64,000 nt of DNA from Carcharhinus amblyrhynchos (lineage: Eukaryota): NCBI GenBank assembly GCA_965287045.1, contig OZ336879.1, forward strand, positions 66,712,001 to 66,776,000, in the 5' to 3' direction. How positions within the stretch are numbered: the first letter of the stretch is position 1; every line of letters begins with the position of its first letter. The position numbers were made by a program, and so were the translations under genes. This document shows, piece after piece, positions 48,805 to 61,645 of this stretch. The notes under the pieces were generated by a model that saw only the letters and a program-made list of their open reading frames with translations, made no database searches and was not told the origin of the DNA.

Positions 48805-50960
48805 AAATTTATTTATGGGATGTATCACTGGCTAAGCCAGCATTTGTTGCCCTTTCCTATTTACCCTTGAAAGGTGGGTGCTGAGCTGCCTTCTTGAAGC
48901 ATTGCAGTTTCTGTCTGTCGAAGGTACACCCACAATGTTGTTAGGAAGGGAATTTCTGCATTTTGACCCACAACAGTGAAGAAATAGTAATTTATTTCCA
49001 AGTCAGGATGACTTGGAGGGAAATGTTCAGGTGGAGGTGTTCCCAGGTAACTGCTGCTCTTATCTGTCTAGATGGTAGTGGTTGTGGGTTTGGAAGGTGC
49101 TGCCTAAGGAGTCTTAGTGAGTTCCTGCAGCTCATCTTGTAGATGGTAGACACTACTGCCACTGTTCTTCTGTGGTGTAGGAATGAATATTAACCAATCA
49201 AGCCAGCTGCTTTGTCCTGGATGGTGCCAAGCTTCTTGAGTGTTACTGAAGCTGCCCTTGTCCAGGCAAGTGGAGAGTATTCCATTACACTCCTGACTTG
49301 TGCCTTGTAGATGATGGACAGACTTGGGGGGAGGGCCAGAATGTGAGTTATTCGCTGCTGGATTCCTAGCCTCTGACCTCTCCTGCAGCCACAGTTTTTA
49401 TATGGTTGGTCCAATTCAGTCCCTGGCAAATGGTAACCCTCAGGCCATCAGTGAACATCCACTTACGATGAAAGGAAGGTCATTGATGCAGCAGTTGAAC
49501 ATGGTTGGGCCTAGGACACGACCCTAAGGAACTCCTGCAGTGAGATCCTGAAAGGGGCAGCCACGGACCCGAGTTCAATTCTGACCTCAGGCCTGTGTGG
49601 AATTTGCACCCCCCACCCCCATCTCTGCGTGGATTTCCTCCAGGTGCTCTGGTTTCCTCCCACATTCCAAAGACGTGGGCTAGGTTGATTGGCCGTGCTC
49701 ATCTGCCCGTTGGTATCCGGGGGATTAGCAGGGTAAATATGTGAGGTTATGGGGATAGGGCCTGGATGGGATTGTGGTCAGTGCAGGCCCAATAGGCAAA
49801 ATGGCCTCCTTCTGCACTGTAGGGATTCTATGAACTGAGATGTTTGACCTCCAACCACCACAACCCCATCTTCCTTTATGCTGTGTATAACTCCAACCAG
49901 TAGAAAGGTTTCCCCCGATTCTAACTGACACCAGTGTGGCTAGGGTTCCTTAATGCCACACTCAGTCAAATGCTGCCTTGGCATCAAGAACAGTCATTCT
50001 CACTTCACCTCTGGCATTCAGCTCTTTTATTCATGTTTCAGCTAAGGCTGTAATAAGGTCAGGAGCTGAGTGACCCTGGTGGAATTCAAACTGAGTATCA
50101 GTGAGCGGGTTATTGCTAAGTAAATGCTACTTGATAGTACTATTGATGGCCCTTTCCATCACTTTACTGATGATCAAGAGTAGACTGATGGGGGCAGTAA
50201 CTGGCCGGATCGGATTTGTCCTTTTTTTTGTGTAGCAGACATACCAGGGCAATTTTCCTCATTACTGAGTAGATGCTAGTTGTAGCTGTTCTGGAACAGT
50301 TTGGCTAGGGGCACAGTAAGATCTGGAGCACAGGTCTTCAGGACTATTGTTGGAATATTGTCACCATATCCAGTTCCTCACCCATTTCTTGATATCACGT
50401 GAAGATTGGCATCTGTGATGCTGGGGAACTTCTGGAGGAGGCCAAGGTCGGCACCTCTGGCTGAAGATTGTTGTGAATGCTTCAGGCTTATCTTTTGCTC
50501 CGATGTGGCGGGCTCCTCCATCATTGAGAATGGGGATGTTTGTGGAGTGTCCTCCTCCAGTGAGTTGTTATATTGTCCACCACCATTTATGGCTGGATGT
50601 GGCAGGACTGCAGGACTTAGATCTGATCCATTGATTGTGGAATTGCTTAGCTCTGTATATTACTTCTGTTTATGCTCTTGGACACAGAAATAGTCCTGTG
50701 TCGTAGCTTCATCAGGTTGACACCTCATTTCTAGTGCTTCTCCTGGCCTGCCTTTCTTCACTCTTCATTGAACCAGGTTGATCCCTGACTTGGTGGTAAT
50801 GGCAGAGTGGGGGATATGCTTCACCATGAGATTGCAGATTGTGGTTGAGTAGAATTCTGCTGTTACTAATGATCCAAGCACCTTAAGGACATCCAGTCTG
50901 AGTTGCTAGATCTATTCAAAGCCTATCAGAATTAGCATGGTAATAGTGCCGCATAACAAT
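48805..50960 (-). mobile_element. L2-type LINE fragment with inserted SINE
   Basis: ORF 49190..49429 IYKAQVRSVMEYSPLAW...TLKKLGTIQDKAAGLIG. 3' tail near 48805. Confidence 0.85.
49555..49832 (+). mobile_element. HE1/V-SINE-like element, 5' degenerate
   Basis: Core and complete tail ggcctccttctgcactgtagggattctatg. Confidence 0.85.
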
Positions 50961-51582
50961 GTGTAAACACAAACCAGACTGGAGGAGGCCAGACCAAAAA
51001 AATAGATCTTCTATTATTAGATTTTATTCACAACCACACTTCAGATGTAAAATAGAAATTTGCTTTAAAGGGAAAATATGCAAACACTTGGGGATAAGTC
51101 TGATGAATTTTCCCAAAGCTTCTTCATTCAGATTCTGAACATGTGCTCCCAACAGTTGACAATCCCTCCTGGGAAGAACTCATAAAACTTGCCAGTTCTG
51201 GCCTGTGTAAAGCCAGAAATCTATTCAAACCCTCATAGCAGCTGTACCAAAACAATAGCTCAGCACAGTGTCATGAAAGTGTTTCTAGTGTTTTTGGACT
51301 GCAGGAAAAAGGTTCATTTTGAATGAATCATCCTAAAAGCACGCTTCATATCTTTTACCGAGCATGCCAGATATTTCAGTGCAGTGGTTGTGAATTTTAC
51401 TAAAAAGCCACAGTGCCCTACGCCAGGATGAATATAAGATTAATAAACCTTAAACACAACTAAGATTCATGCTTTTTGCCATAGTGTAATATATGCCTAT
51501 AGGTTAATGTATGTGGTTGAATGAGAGAAAACTTGGATTCAATGAAATGTGTCTTGAACAAGTTGGATATATTTCTTTTTAG

Positions 51583-51750
51583 TACACATCTGCATTAACG
51601 TATGATGGGATACTCGTTATGGCTGAAGCATTCCGTTACCTCCGAAGACAACGGATTGGGATTTCAAGAAAAGGAAATGCTGGGGACTGTCTTGCGAATC
51701 CAGCTGCTCCTTGGGTTCAAGGTATTGACACAGAAAGGGCACTGAAACAG
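51583..51750 (+). CDS. GRIA4: GluA4 internal coding exon, [56 protein letters not shown]
   Basis: 168 bp, ttctttttAG|TAC...CAG|GTacag. YTSALTYDG and [14 protein letters not shown] match GluA4. It is the expected next exon after ...LK, giving an intron at 4297-51582. Confidence 0.93.
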
Positions 51751-52128
51751 GTACAGTATTATAATTTTACAATAATGGAGTTCTACAAATTATCCTTCCT
51801 GTCATATTGGTCTAGATTTTGTATTAGGAGCATTGGTCACCACTCACCGTTATTAAGGGCTAAATCAAACAGCAACTAGCACTGCCTGCACATGTGCAGT
51901 TAAATGCTGATATCAGGAAGATGTTCAAATTGCCCCCCTCATCCAAAAACCTCACTGCATTGATTACTTGCTAAAAGATTCAACATTCAAACACATAAAG
52001 GACATAAAGTTGTGGTACTTGCCCACTAGACACCCGCTAAACATGTGACAAGAAGTTAGGTCTTTCGATTCAAGTTTAAGTGAATTTTTAGTGTCATGGT
52101 AAGTCTTCATTGCTACCAAAAACTTAAC

Positions 52129-52351
52129 TGTAGTAAGTCTTCAGAAGCAGAAGTCTCCAAAATCTCTTTATTTACAATTCCAACAGCAGGACCCAGAGTG
52201 CCAGCAGTCTATCTTTGGGAGTTCCAGAGGAACTGACACTCCCACTTAATTATAAGGCAAAGACTCCCTGATTGGCCTATCAATTGAGTCCTTAATCAGG
52301 GAGTTCATATTCCAATAGGGCAACTTCAATGGCCTGACTGAAGTCATTACA
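52129..52351. mobile_element. Possible solo LTR
   Basis: TGTA...TACA ends, CCAAT/ATTGG motifs, tttatt. No clean TSD. Confidence 0.35.
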
Positions 52352-53697
52352 CTATCTTGCCCTGAAAATGTACTTTTATAAGTTTGGAGTCTGATTCCTT
52401 CTAATGTTAACTGTTGGATGTATTTTAGCATTTTTTTTCTCGCTTTTTCTAATTTCTCTTAATCCACCTTACTTTCACTTTAATTTGCTTTCTGTACATG
52501 ATTTGAGATTGAATTAAGTATTCTAAATTATATTTCCTGCTTCAGATGCTGCATAACAGAAAGGAAATCAATCTGATTGATTTAAAAAAAATCTGCTGTT
52601 ATTTGCCCTGTTCAAACAGGCCCCAATCACATGGAGGCCCCACTGCACTCGATCAGATTCATTTCGACTAAGTTGCCACAGACACGTTAAGGCAACAGAC
52701 AGGTAGGAAGAAAGGGGGATTTCAATCTTGGTGGGGCCACCCACAAACCAAAAAGGGTAGCCTGAAGGTAGAACTGCCTCGCCCTTCTCCTTCCTTTGAA
52801 GAATTTATTTAAAACATCAGACCGCCCAATCCAGCTTTCCATGTCAACAGTTTCATGGTGTGAGTAACATATTCTCGGGGTCAATTGGCTTGGTAACAAA
52901 CCTGATTGACCCTTGATTATCTATTTGAGTTTGGGCCCACCCTAAATGCACCCACCCTACGTGCACCCACCTTATTTTAGATGTCTCACCCAACTGTAAA
53001 CACTCACAGCAGAGCACATAAAGATATCCCAGTGATTCCACAGAGAGTGAATTTGTCAATCATCAAAAAACGTTTCAATTGTAGGTGATGCACTTTCTCA
53101 TTTCAAGGATGTGAATATCACAAATCAAACCAGCCTCCAGTTTGCTCCAGTTTCTTTTCCCAAGCAATCACATGAACAAATGCCTGGAATTGGGAAACCT
53201 GTATAGTTGTGATTTCATGTTTGTTCATTGGAACAAGGGTGCTTTAAGGGACCAATCGCGTAATGTCCTGATGACATCATTAGCCGTTTGAGCAGGCGAA
53301 TAGGCAGTCTATCCTAACAGCCTGCAGAGTAAATACTTTCCAATAAAACTCCTCTTTGTTCGTGGTCTGCAAGCCAATCCTTTCAAAACGTCACAAAGAA
53401 AACTGGTGACAAGGTGGTTGATCCACAATTCAATCTCCCGAAATAGAATTGCAGAGACCCAGTGGAACAAGAGAAAAATCATCATTCCACGCTGCAGATA
53501 TCCAGAAAGACTTAAGATGTTAAAAAAAATCACTACACCAAAGCTGGCACCAGAGGGGGTGCCAAATAATGGTAGTAGCCATTGAAAGAGCCAAAATTTA
53601 AGTGAAGATTTCACAGAAACAACATCAGTAAAAAGATTGCCACATGCTGTGCCCAGAAAGCTTTGGAACAGTACAGAGGGAATTATGACTAGCAAGT

Positions 53698-53990
53698 AAG
53701 TTTAAGTTTATTTATTAGTGTCACAATTAGGCTTACATTAACATGGCAATGAAGTTACTATGAAAATCCCTGAGTTGCCACACTCCAATGCCTGTTCAGG
53801 TACACTGAAGGAGAATTTAACATGGCAATACACCTAACCAGCATGTCTTTCAGACTGCGGGAGGAAACCAGAGCACCTGGAGGAAACCTACATAGACACG
53901 GAGAGGCTCCGCACAGACAGTGATCCAAGCCGGGAATTGAACCCATGTGCCTGACACTGTGAGGCAACAGTGTTAACCACTGTGCCACCA
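53698..53990 (-). mobile_element. V-SINE with alternative tail (same tail as 29184-29332)
   Basis: aagtttatttattagtgtcacaattaggcttacattaac...aaccactgtgccacca. Confidence 0.85.
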
Positions 53991-55104
53991 TGACCCCTGC
54001 AACAAAAGTTTAGAAATTGGGGTGTTGTAAAACACGGAAGAAAACACAGGCTAAACTCAGAAATACTTTGTTTGAAAGAAGAAGTGAGGTAGTGCTTTAA
54101 GATTTTGTGGCGTATCATGCTTATGCAAGCCCTTTCCAAAGAAAAAATAGTAGGAATTCTTGGCACCGTGGGACTGAATGAGAACACTGAGCAGTGGAGC
54201 CCATATACTGAAAGATTTGATTATTTTGTCCCAGCGAATAAAATTTGGGTGATATCATAGTCCCAATGTTCTTGAGCACAATGGGGGAAAAGCACTCAAT
54301 CTCTTGAGAACTCTGGCGTAACTGGAAAAGCCAGGCTTAAAAGCCTATGATGAGAGAGTCATTTCTCACCTAAACCTTTGGTCATCGCAGAGAGGTTCAG
54401 GTTCCACAAGCACAACCAACAAGAATGTGAATCAATTACACAGTTCATTGCCACTCTGAGGAAATTAGCTGAATACTGTGAATTTGGGGATGGCTCGAGC
54501 AACACCATTAGAGACAGACTCGTGTTTGTCTTCAGAAGCAAAACTATCCAAAAGCCGACTGTTAACAGAAAGCAACCTAAACCTAAAGAAGGTTTTAGAA
54601 GTCACTTTCTCCGTGGAATTGGCAGCCAAGAAAGCTCAACAGTTAAGTTTGAGCACTAGAGTTCATAAAATGTCGCCTGAGACCTGAACACAGACACAGG
54701 TTTGAAATTGCCACCAATGTGCACAAACTGTATACACAGCAGCAGATTGCTGGAGCAAAGAGAAAAAGTGCAGAAGTTGTGGCAGAAAAGGGCACACCAA
54801 ACGTGCTTGTTGGAGACAGAAATGACAAGTTCCAGGCAAGAACTATAAGAAGCAAGAACCAAATGCCTGATATGGAAACCTGAATAGAGAGGAAAGTATT
54901 CACCTGATGTGAAAAAGATGCAAAAAAATGACCAGAGTAATAGCCTGAAGATGGACTGTCATTGAACATATTGGCTATAACTGGTGCAACAAACCCATAC
55001 TGAGTCACTCCTTTAGTCGATTAACAACCAGTGAAAATGGAAGTGGACACAGGAGCAGCAGCTTTGTTGGTACCAGAAACTACCAAGAAAAACGAGGACA
55101 CATT

Positions 55105-55967
55105 GGGGGCGATTCGCCCAGCCTGCAGGGCTGCTTTTATGAGCAGCGGGATGCGAGACTCGAGCGGAGACCATTTTGCAGGCTCCATGCTGGGTGCCTG
55201 GGCCCTCTGGCACTGTCCAAGGGGCAAAGTGCCAATGTCCATTGGACAGCTTGGCACTACCCACCAGGCAAAAGGCAGTACCAAGGGGATAGGCCCTAAT
55301 GGGGCATGGTCTGATGGGGCAGGGCCTCTGGGAGGCAATCTGAGGGGTGGGGGATCCTGCTGCAACTCTGCACCTTGGGCTGAGTGACAGGGATGGAGGC
55401 CAGCAATCAGGGCTGGGCATCATGGAGGATGGACAGCCTGCTGAGGGGTTCAGGGCTACAGAGAGGGGGTTGGGACTGTTGGGGGGGGGGGTGGTCAGGG
55501 CTGCCCATTGTGGGGGGATCAAAGAATTGGGGATGCTGGGGAGAAGCTGGGAGATTGAGGCTGGCCAGGGAGGTGGGAGGAGTCAGGCTTAGGCCCGGAT
55601 ATGTTCAGGGACCAGTGATCGGGCCTTGGGGGGGTCACATGGCCGGCATTGCAGGAGTTAAGGGACTTGTCAGCGATTGAATTGGTCAGTAGTTGGGAGG
55701 CCAGCAGTGCTAGGCCATTGCACATGTACCAATCTCTGCACTGACAGATCAGCGTATGCGCAAGTAGCCCGCTGAGTGCTATGTTGCCAGCCTCTCCAGC
55801 AGGAATAGGTCCTACCCACAGATTTTTGGGCTGATTCACTCTGAGACACTCAGCAGTGCTCAGAGAGTGGGAGATCCAGTTTGAAACGCCTGCTGAAAAA
55901 CCCAACAAGATCTGCTCCAGTTTTTATGCAAGTTGACAATTACAATATTTTTAGAAGAATTGCCCCC
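55105..55967. mobile_element. Non-autonomous Harbinger-type element with TIRs and 3 bp TSD
   Basis: att|GGGGGCGATTC...GAATTGCCCCC|att. Removing it restores the Gypsy protease-region reading (YQEKRGHI|ILTPLKIILKS). Confidence 0.85.
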
Positions 55968-56899
55968 ATTATCTTGACACCCTTGAAGATAATATTAAAA
56001 AGCTGTATTGGAGAAGTGGTTTTACTGAGAGGCCATACCAATGTAAATGTGCAGTTGAATGGACAGCCACAGATTTGTCCCTGCACATTGTTACAGGAAA
56101 CTATCCAGCATTAATGAGAAGAATCTGGCTGGAAAAGATCAAATAAATTGGGTCAATGTTAATCTCATCTCAGATTCCAAGGCATGTCTACATTAATGGA
56201 ATGTGCCATTGTCTTTAATGGGGAGCTGTGAAACATGAAGGAGATCTCAGTCAAATTGAAGATTAAGGACGAAAGTCAAGCAAGATGCTTAAAGGCTAGG
56301 TCAGTGCCATACAAAACCAGGACTAAGGTAGAGGCAGTATTAGAGCAGCTAGTCAAGACAGAAGTCTTCAAACCCACTAATGTGGTGATTGGGCACACCA
56401 ATAGTACCGTGATGAAGAAAGATTGATCAGTACCCATTTGTGATGATTTTAAAGTACTGGAACTGCATGCTGAACAATAGTCTCTTCCCCATTGATAATT
56501 TATTCGCTAGATTGATTCGAGGCCAAAAATTCAGAAAAATTGACCTCATCTCCAGATGAATGTGACAATCGTAACATACAAAGGACTATTTAGATATAAA
56601 AGACTGGAAAGAATGAGGAAGGCTATCTCCACAACCAAGATGCCACACTCCAGAGAGTAGACGATTATGCATTGAGTGCAGAAAGATAAGTGTAAATTTT
56701 TCCAATCTTCTACTGAATATCTGGGTCATGTCATAGATGCAAAGAGACTGCACAAATTGCCTTCTGAGGTCAAAGCCATGAATGAGGCACCTGCACCTCA
56801 AACCATCAATCTACTTTGTTCTTTTTTGGGCTTATTAAACTATTTTGAAAAGTTTGTCCATAATCTATCAACTATCTTTAAGCCTTTACACAATTTATT

Positions 56900-57083
56900 G
56901 GGCAGGATTTTCCAGCCACGCTCACTTTAAAACCAGAAGATCCTGCCAGAAGTCAATGCGGGTGATTGGGCCATACCAATAGTACCCGTGATGAAGGTAC
57001 CCTTTCCATGGTCCGCCCCCCACACGCCTCCCACCTCCACTCACTTTGATTCCCATGGCGTGTGGGAAGGGAAAATTTATCCC
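56900..57083 (+). mobile_element. Harbinger-type MITE with ATT TSD
   Basis: att|gggcaggattttcc...ggaaaatttatccc|att, interrupting the Gypsy RT/RH connection after PLHNLL. Confidence 0.8.
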
Positions 57084-57861
57084 ATTAGGTCAAAGCTGGA
57101 AGTTGAAATAGCTGTATATCTTCATACAAGCTAAAGAGGCACTTCTAAATTCAGAAGTCTTGATGCACTTTGATCCAAATTTACCTTTACAACTGACACA
57201 TGAAGCATCACCTTACCGGGTAGTTTCTCACATAATGTCCAATGCTGAAGAGGAACCAATGGCTTTTACGTCAAGGTTCTTGAACAAAGCCAAAATGAAC
57301 TACGTCAGATAGAGAAAGAAACTCTGGGAAGCATTTTCAGAATCAAATGTTTATACCAATACCTATATGGAAGGATATTTACTTTATTAACAGATCATTG
57401 ACCACAGAATGATATTTGCACCTCTTATCAGGATTCCATCTCTAACAGTGAGCCAGATGCAGATATGGGCATTACTGTTGTCAGCACATAAATATATGAT
57501 AAAATATCATCAGGCTATAATATCTCCATTGAAACACTGATTGACTCTTGTGATTAACTTTACCCAATGATTCATCAATAAACAGTTTGAGTGGAAACAT
57601 TTTCTACCTGAATAAATGGATAGCAGTCCAGTAAATGCAGGGTAAGTTAAGAAGTAAAGCAGAAATGATCCATTACTGTCAAGTTATGGGCATGGTACTT
57701 CATGGTAAGACCACGGGAGCAAACTCAGAGTTGAAGCCATGTGTCACCGAAGACTCGAACTATCCATACAAGCTGGATGTCTTCTCTGGGGAATAAAAGT
57801 ACCATTCCACCATTATTAAGGTAACATTCTAAACCAACCACACAAAGACTACTGTGGTATC

Positions 57862-58163
57862 GTCCGGGTCTCAGCCAACATTTTATAGATTCTAGTGCTC
57901 AAACTTAGCTATTGAGCTTCTTTGGCTGCCAATTCCATCGAGACCATGACTTCTAAAGCCTTCTTAATAACCACTTGTGGATAGCTTCACTTCTTAAGCC
58001 ATACACTAGTCTGTCTCTAATGGTGTCATTCAAGACATCCCCAAATTCACAGTATTCAGCTAATTCCTTCAAAGTAGCTATAACTGAGTGATTAATTTCC
58101 CTTCTTGGTTATGCTTGTGGAACTTGAACCTCTCGGCAATGACCAAAAGTTTAGGTGAGAAGT
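57862..58163 (-). repeat. Inverted copy of the gag segment about 54362-54688 inside the integrase region
   Basis: catccccaaattcacagtattcagctaatt is the reverse complement of aattagctgaatactgtgaatttggggatg. ORFs 54359(-) and 58088(+) share WLCLWNLNLSAMTK.LGEK. Confidence 0.9.
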
Positions 58164-59349
58164 TATTTTTGGTGGCCAGGGCTCAAACTGAAATCAAGGA
58201 GAAGGCAGAGAAATGTTTGTCTTATGCAAAAGTCAGAACCTTCTGCCACAGCATCATTGCACCAATGGGAATGGTCATGGCAAAGAGTTCATATAGATTA
58301 TGCTGGAAAGGGTGTATGTTTCTCATTGTAGTCAATGTGCACTCAAAATGGTCTAAAGTCACCAAAGAGAACAATAGAAAGACTGAGTGAGATTTTTAGA
58401 AGATTCAGTACCCTGAACAACTTGTGAACAACAATAAGCCCCAGTTCATTTCTCAAGAATTCACAACCTATTTAAAGGAAAATAGAATTTAACATACCCG
58501 ATCTGCTCCTTATCATCCTGCCACAAATAGACTGGCAGAGCCATTTGTTCAGGCAATGAAACATTCACTGAAGCTAACTTGAGAGCAAGGTTCATTGTCT
58601 TAACGATTGAGTCAATTCCCAATGACATACTGGAATACTCCCCATTCGACAACCCAATTTCTCCAGCATTGCTCATGATAGGACATCAATTGCACACAGC
58701 TTTTGATTTGCTCAAGCCAAAATGAGATAAATTGTTACGAAGAAACAGCAATTATATGACATGAGAACAGGGCTAGGTTTATCATCAAGGTCAAAAAGTA
58801 CCAGCAAGGAATTTTACCACCAGTGAGACACCTGCCATTGTCTTAGCACAGACAGAACTGGTCTCCTACACTGTGCAAACATGAGAAGATATAGTATGAA
58901 GAAGACATGCAGACCATCGCTTGGCAACCAGAACCAGTTTGCCAGAGACAGAATCAACGGAGAGTCCATAATAAACTATGTCAAGTGAAGACCTGGACAT
59001 ACCTGAGAAATATATGTAAATTACATACAATTTTCTCTTTTACAGCAACTATTTCAGCACTTCCAATACCATTAGAAGGAGCTCTGAGTTGGTACTGATT
59101 AAAATACAACAATGCTTATTGTACATTGCAACTGTCTTTAGGTCTCAGGTTTCAGATTCTTGTGTTCAAAGAACTGAAAATAGATGTGCCGGATACCATG
59201 GCAAATATGTGCCTGAATTAGAAATGTGTGTCCCACGTGTACAAAGTTCTGTGTCGGGGCATTGAAGATATCAATTTATACTTGGGCTTTTCAGTTTGTT
59301 CAACATTTCTTTTACTGTAAAATTTTGAGATGATTAAGTTGAGAATGGA

Positions 59350-59560
59350 AATGTGCATATACACAGAACTTTATCACATCACTAAGCATTTCACATTCAA
59401 TAAATTACATTGGAGTGCACTTATTGTTACGTTATGAAACAAAAAGCCATTTTGCACAATAAAGACCTTTCAGACAGCAATGAGGTGACAGGCCAGCCAG
59501 GTTTTTGGTGGAATCACTTGCAGGGGGAATGTTGGACAGGATAAGTATAAAAGATTTGTG
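59350..59560 (-). mobile_element. Very old Deu-domain SINE fragment
   Basis: gccattttgcaca...cagacagcaatgag...aatgttggacagga follow the reversed Deu order. Confidence 0.5.
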
Positions 59561-59974
59561 CTCAAATTCGGAAGAATCTGGCTTGCGCTCATATCCTCCC
59601 AACTGAGATGTAATAGGCTTTAATTAAGCTCAACTGACACTTAAGAATTTCATTCACAAATAAAAAAATTATCATTTCTCCGAGTTATAATTGGCACAGG
59701 CAAGCACGTAATGAACAAAGAAAAATCACTGCATTTTCTGCACTACCATTTCCTTTAAACAGGCGGTGGGATTATCCAGAAGTGATTAATTACAAGGCAG
59801 GATTGACAAACACCTGGGAACAGGTTAGCTAATTGTCCTTTTAATATGTGTCACTGTAAAACATAAAGAGAAAAATATGAAAGGACATTAAGATGTTTAA
59901 AAAGGACATCTCTTAAAATGTGTGATGAGAGGATATTAGATAAAAACTGCAGTCTACAATCAGTAAGAGATTAT

Positions 59975-60435
59975 AACTGAAATTTTCCCACGGGTATCAC
60001 AGCGCACAAGACAGAAAATTTGATGGGCCATTTAAAGGCCCGTTGAGCTCGGGCAGGATTTTCAGATCTTTTGTAGAATAACAGTGCAGAAGGAGGCCAT
60101 CGGCCCATCAGCGCTGCACCTTCTCTGACAGAGTCTTACCCAAGCCGACCCTCACCATATCCACATGCATTTACCCTGCTAACCCATCTAACCTACACAT
60201 TCTGGACACTAAGGGACTATTTAGCGTGTCCAATGCACTCAGCCTGCACACCTTTGAACTGTGGGAAGAAACTAGAGTACCCAGAGGAAACCCACATGGG
60301 GAGAACATGCCAACTCCACACATACAGTCACCCAAGGTCAGAATTGAGCCCAGTTTCCTGGCACTTTCAGGCAGCAATTCTAACCACTGTCCCACTGTGC
60401 CATCTTGGGGCACGCATGGTCAGAGAATCCTGCCC
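59975..60435 (-). mobile_element. Harbinger-type MITE split by an HE1-like SINE (60075-60402, - strand)
   Basis: gacagaaaatttgatgggccatttaaaggcccgttgagctcgggcagg reverse-matches 25105-25160. The MITE resumes at atcttggggcacgc...gagaatcctgccc after the SINE. Confidence 0.72.
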
Positions 60436-61066
60436 TTTGAGTTTTCTGTCAGATGCAAGGAGCTTGTGCTTATTTCAGGCTAGTAAATGCAGCATGCCAT
60501 AATAAACTGCTTGTGGCCATCTGCGACCATGTAATGGCTTGAATTCTGAAGAATGTCAAATTACACTTTGCAACGCGAAATTCCATCTCGACGCAATGAA
60601 TACAACTTCACAACTCTGCGGCCTCCTATGGAGAGCCAGCACCTGAAAGAGCTGCAGGATTGCTCTAAACCCCATCAATTTAACACTCCCATCAGAAAGT
60701 GAAAAGCTACCCATGGTTTCAGAACGCAACACGTGGAGATGTTATTCACAGAGGAAAGTCATAAGCAGGTTTACAAAGTAACATTTTGCCGTTTTGCTAT
60801 GAATGGGTCCCAAAGGAAATCTTTCCCTGTAGTCAATAGTTTTTAATTGCCTTCATCTAACAGTGAATTATTCATACCGGAAACATGCATAAATAACATT
60901 TAGTTAGTTGTCTTGACTCAAAAAAGAATTTCACATTGGCAGTTTTGTGATGGCCAACAAGAAACCTTCACAGAAATGTACCCCTCTGTTTCACAGAATA
61001 GGCATGGTTTTAAAATAATATTGTGAAAGGTGAAAAAAAGCCACACATATAATGGAATCTTTTTTT

Positions 61067-61220
61067 TTAAGTTTATTTATTAGTGTTGCAAGTAGGCTTA
61101 AATTAGCACTGTGATGAAGTTACAGTGAAAATCCTGTAGTCACCACACTCCAGCACCTGTTCAGGTACACTGAGGGAGAAGTTAGCATGGCCAATGCACC
61201 TAACCAGCACATCTTTCAGC
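61067..61220 (-). mobile_element. 3' tail of the alternative-tail V-SINE
   Basis: Matches 53698-53852. Confidence 0.8.
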
Positions 61221-61645
61221 ACGTCTTTTTACTTTGCTGGCCTTTGCTGATTTGAGTTGTAACAGCACTTGTAATGTTACAATTGATCTAAGTACCCCTG
61301 TGCCTGTGCCTATGTTAGCTCTTTGAGAGAGTTATCCAATTAATTCCACTCCCTTGTTCCTCACCCATGGCCAATTTTGCTTTCCCAGGCAATTATGTTT
61401 TAAAAGTTACTATGGACTCTGCTTCTGTCACCTTTTCAGGCAGCAGTGCATTCCAGATCATACCAACTAACCAATGACAAAAAGGCCACCACACCCATAC
61501 AACTGTACCTCAGCAATAGTCAGCATCTCCAGGGTAGGAAGAAAGAAAATTAGAACAGAAAATGACCTCCGTTTCAAACTGTGCTGAAATTTTCAATTCC
61601 AGCAGAGATTATAATTAATCCATTTTCTTGTGCATTATTTTGAAG

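Larger units (their letters stand above)
53208..58960 (+). mobile_element. Degenerate Ty3/Gypsy LTR retrotransposon (candidate 5' LTR, PBS, gag-PR-RT-RH-IN; no 3' LTR seen)
   Basis: Candidate LTR TGTGA(53208)...TCACA(53395) with AATAAA, then PBS-like TGGTGACAAG at 53404. Gag VIAERFRFHKHNQQECESITQFIATLRKLAEYCEFG; protease MEVDTGAA; RT KDKCKFFQSSTEYLGHVID...FLGLLNYF; integrase SYFWWPG and SAPYHPAT. Confidence 0.88.

Noticed and set aside
55013-55908. Cluster of overlapping GC-rich ORFs
   Set aside because: They fall in a TIR/TSD-bounded non-autonomous element and are stop-poor because of GC content.
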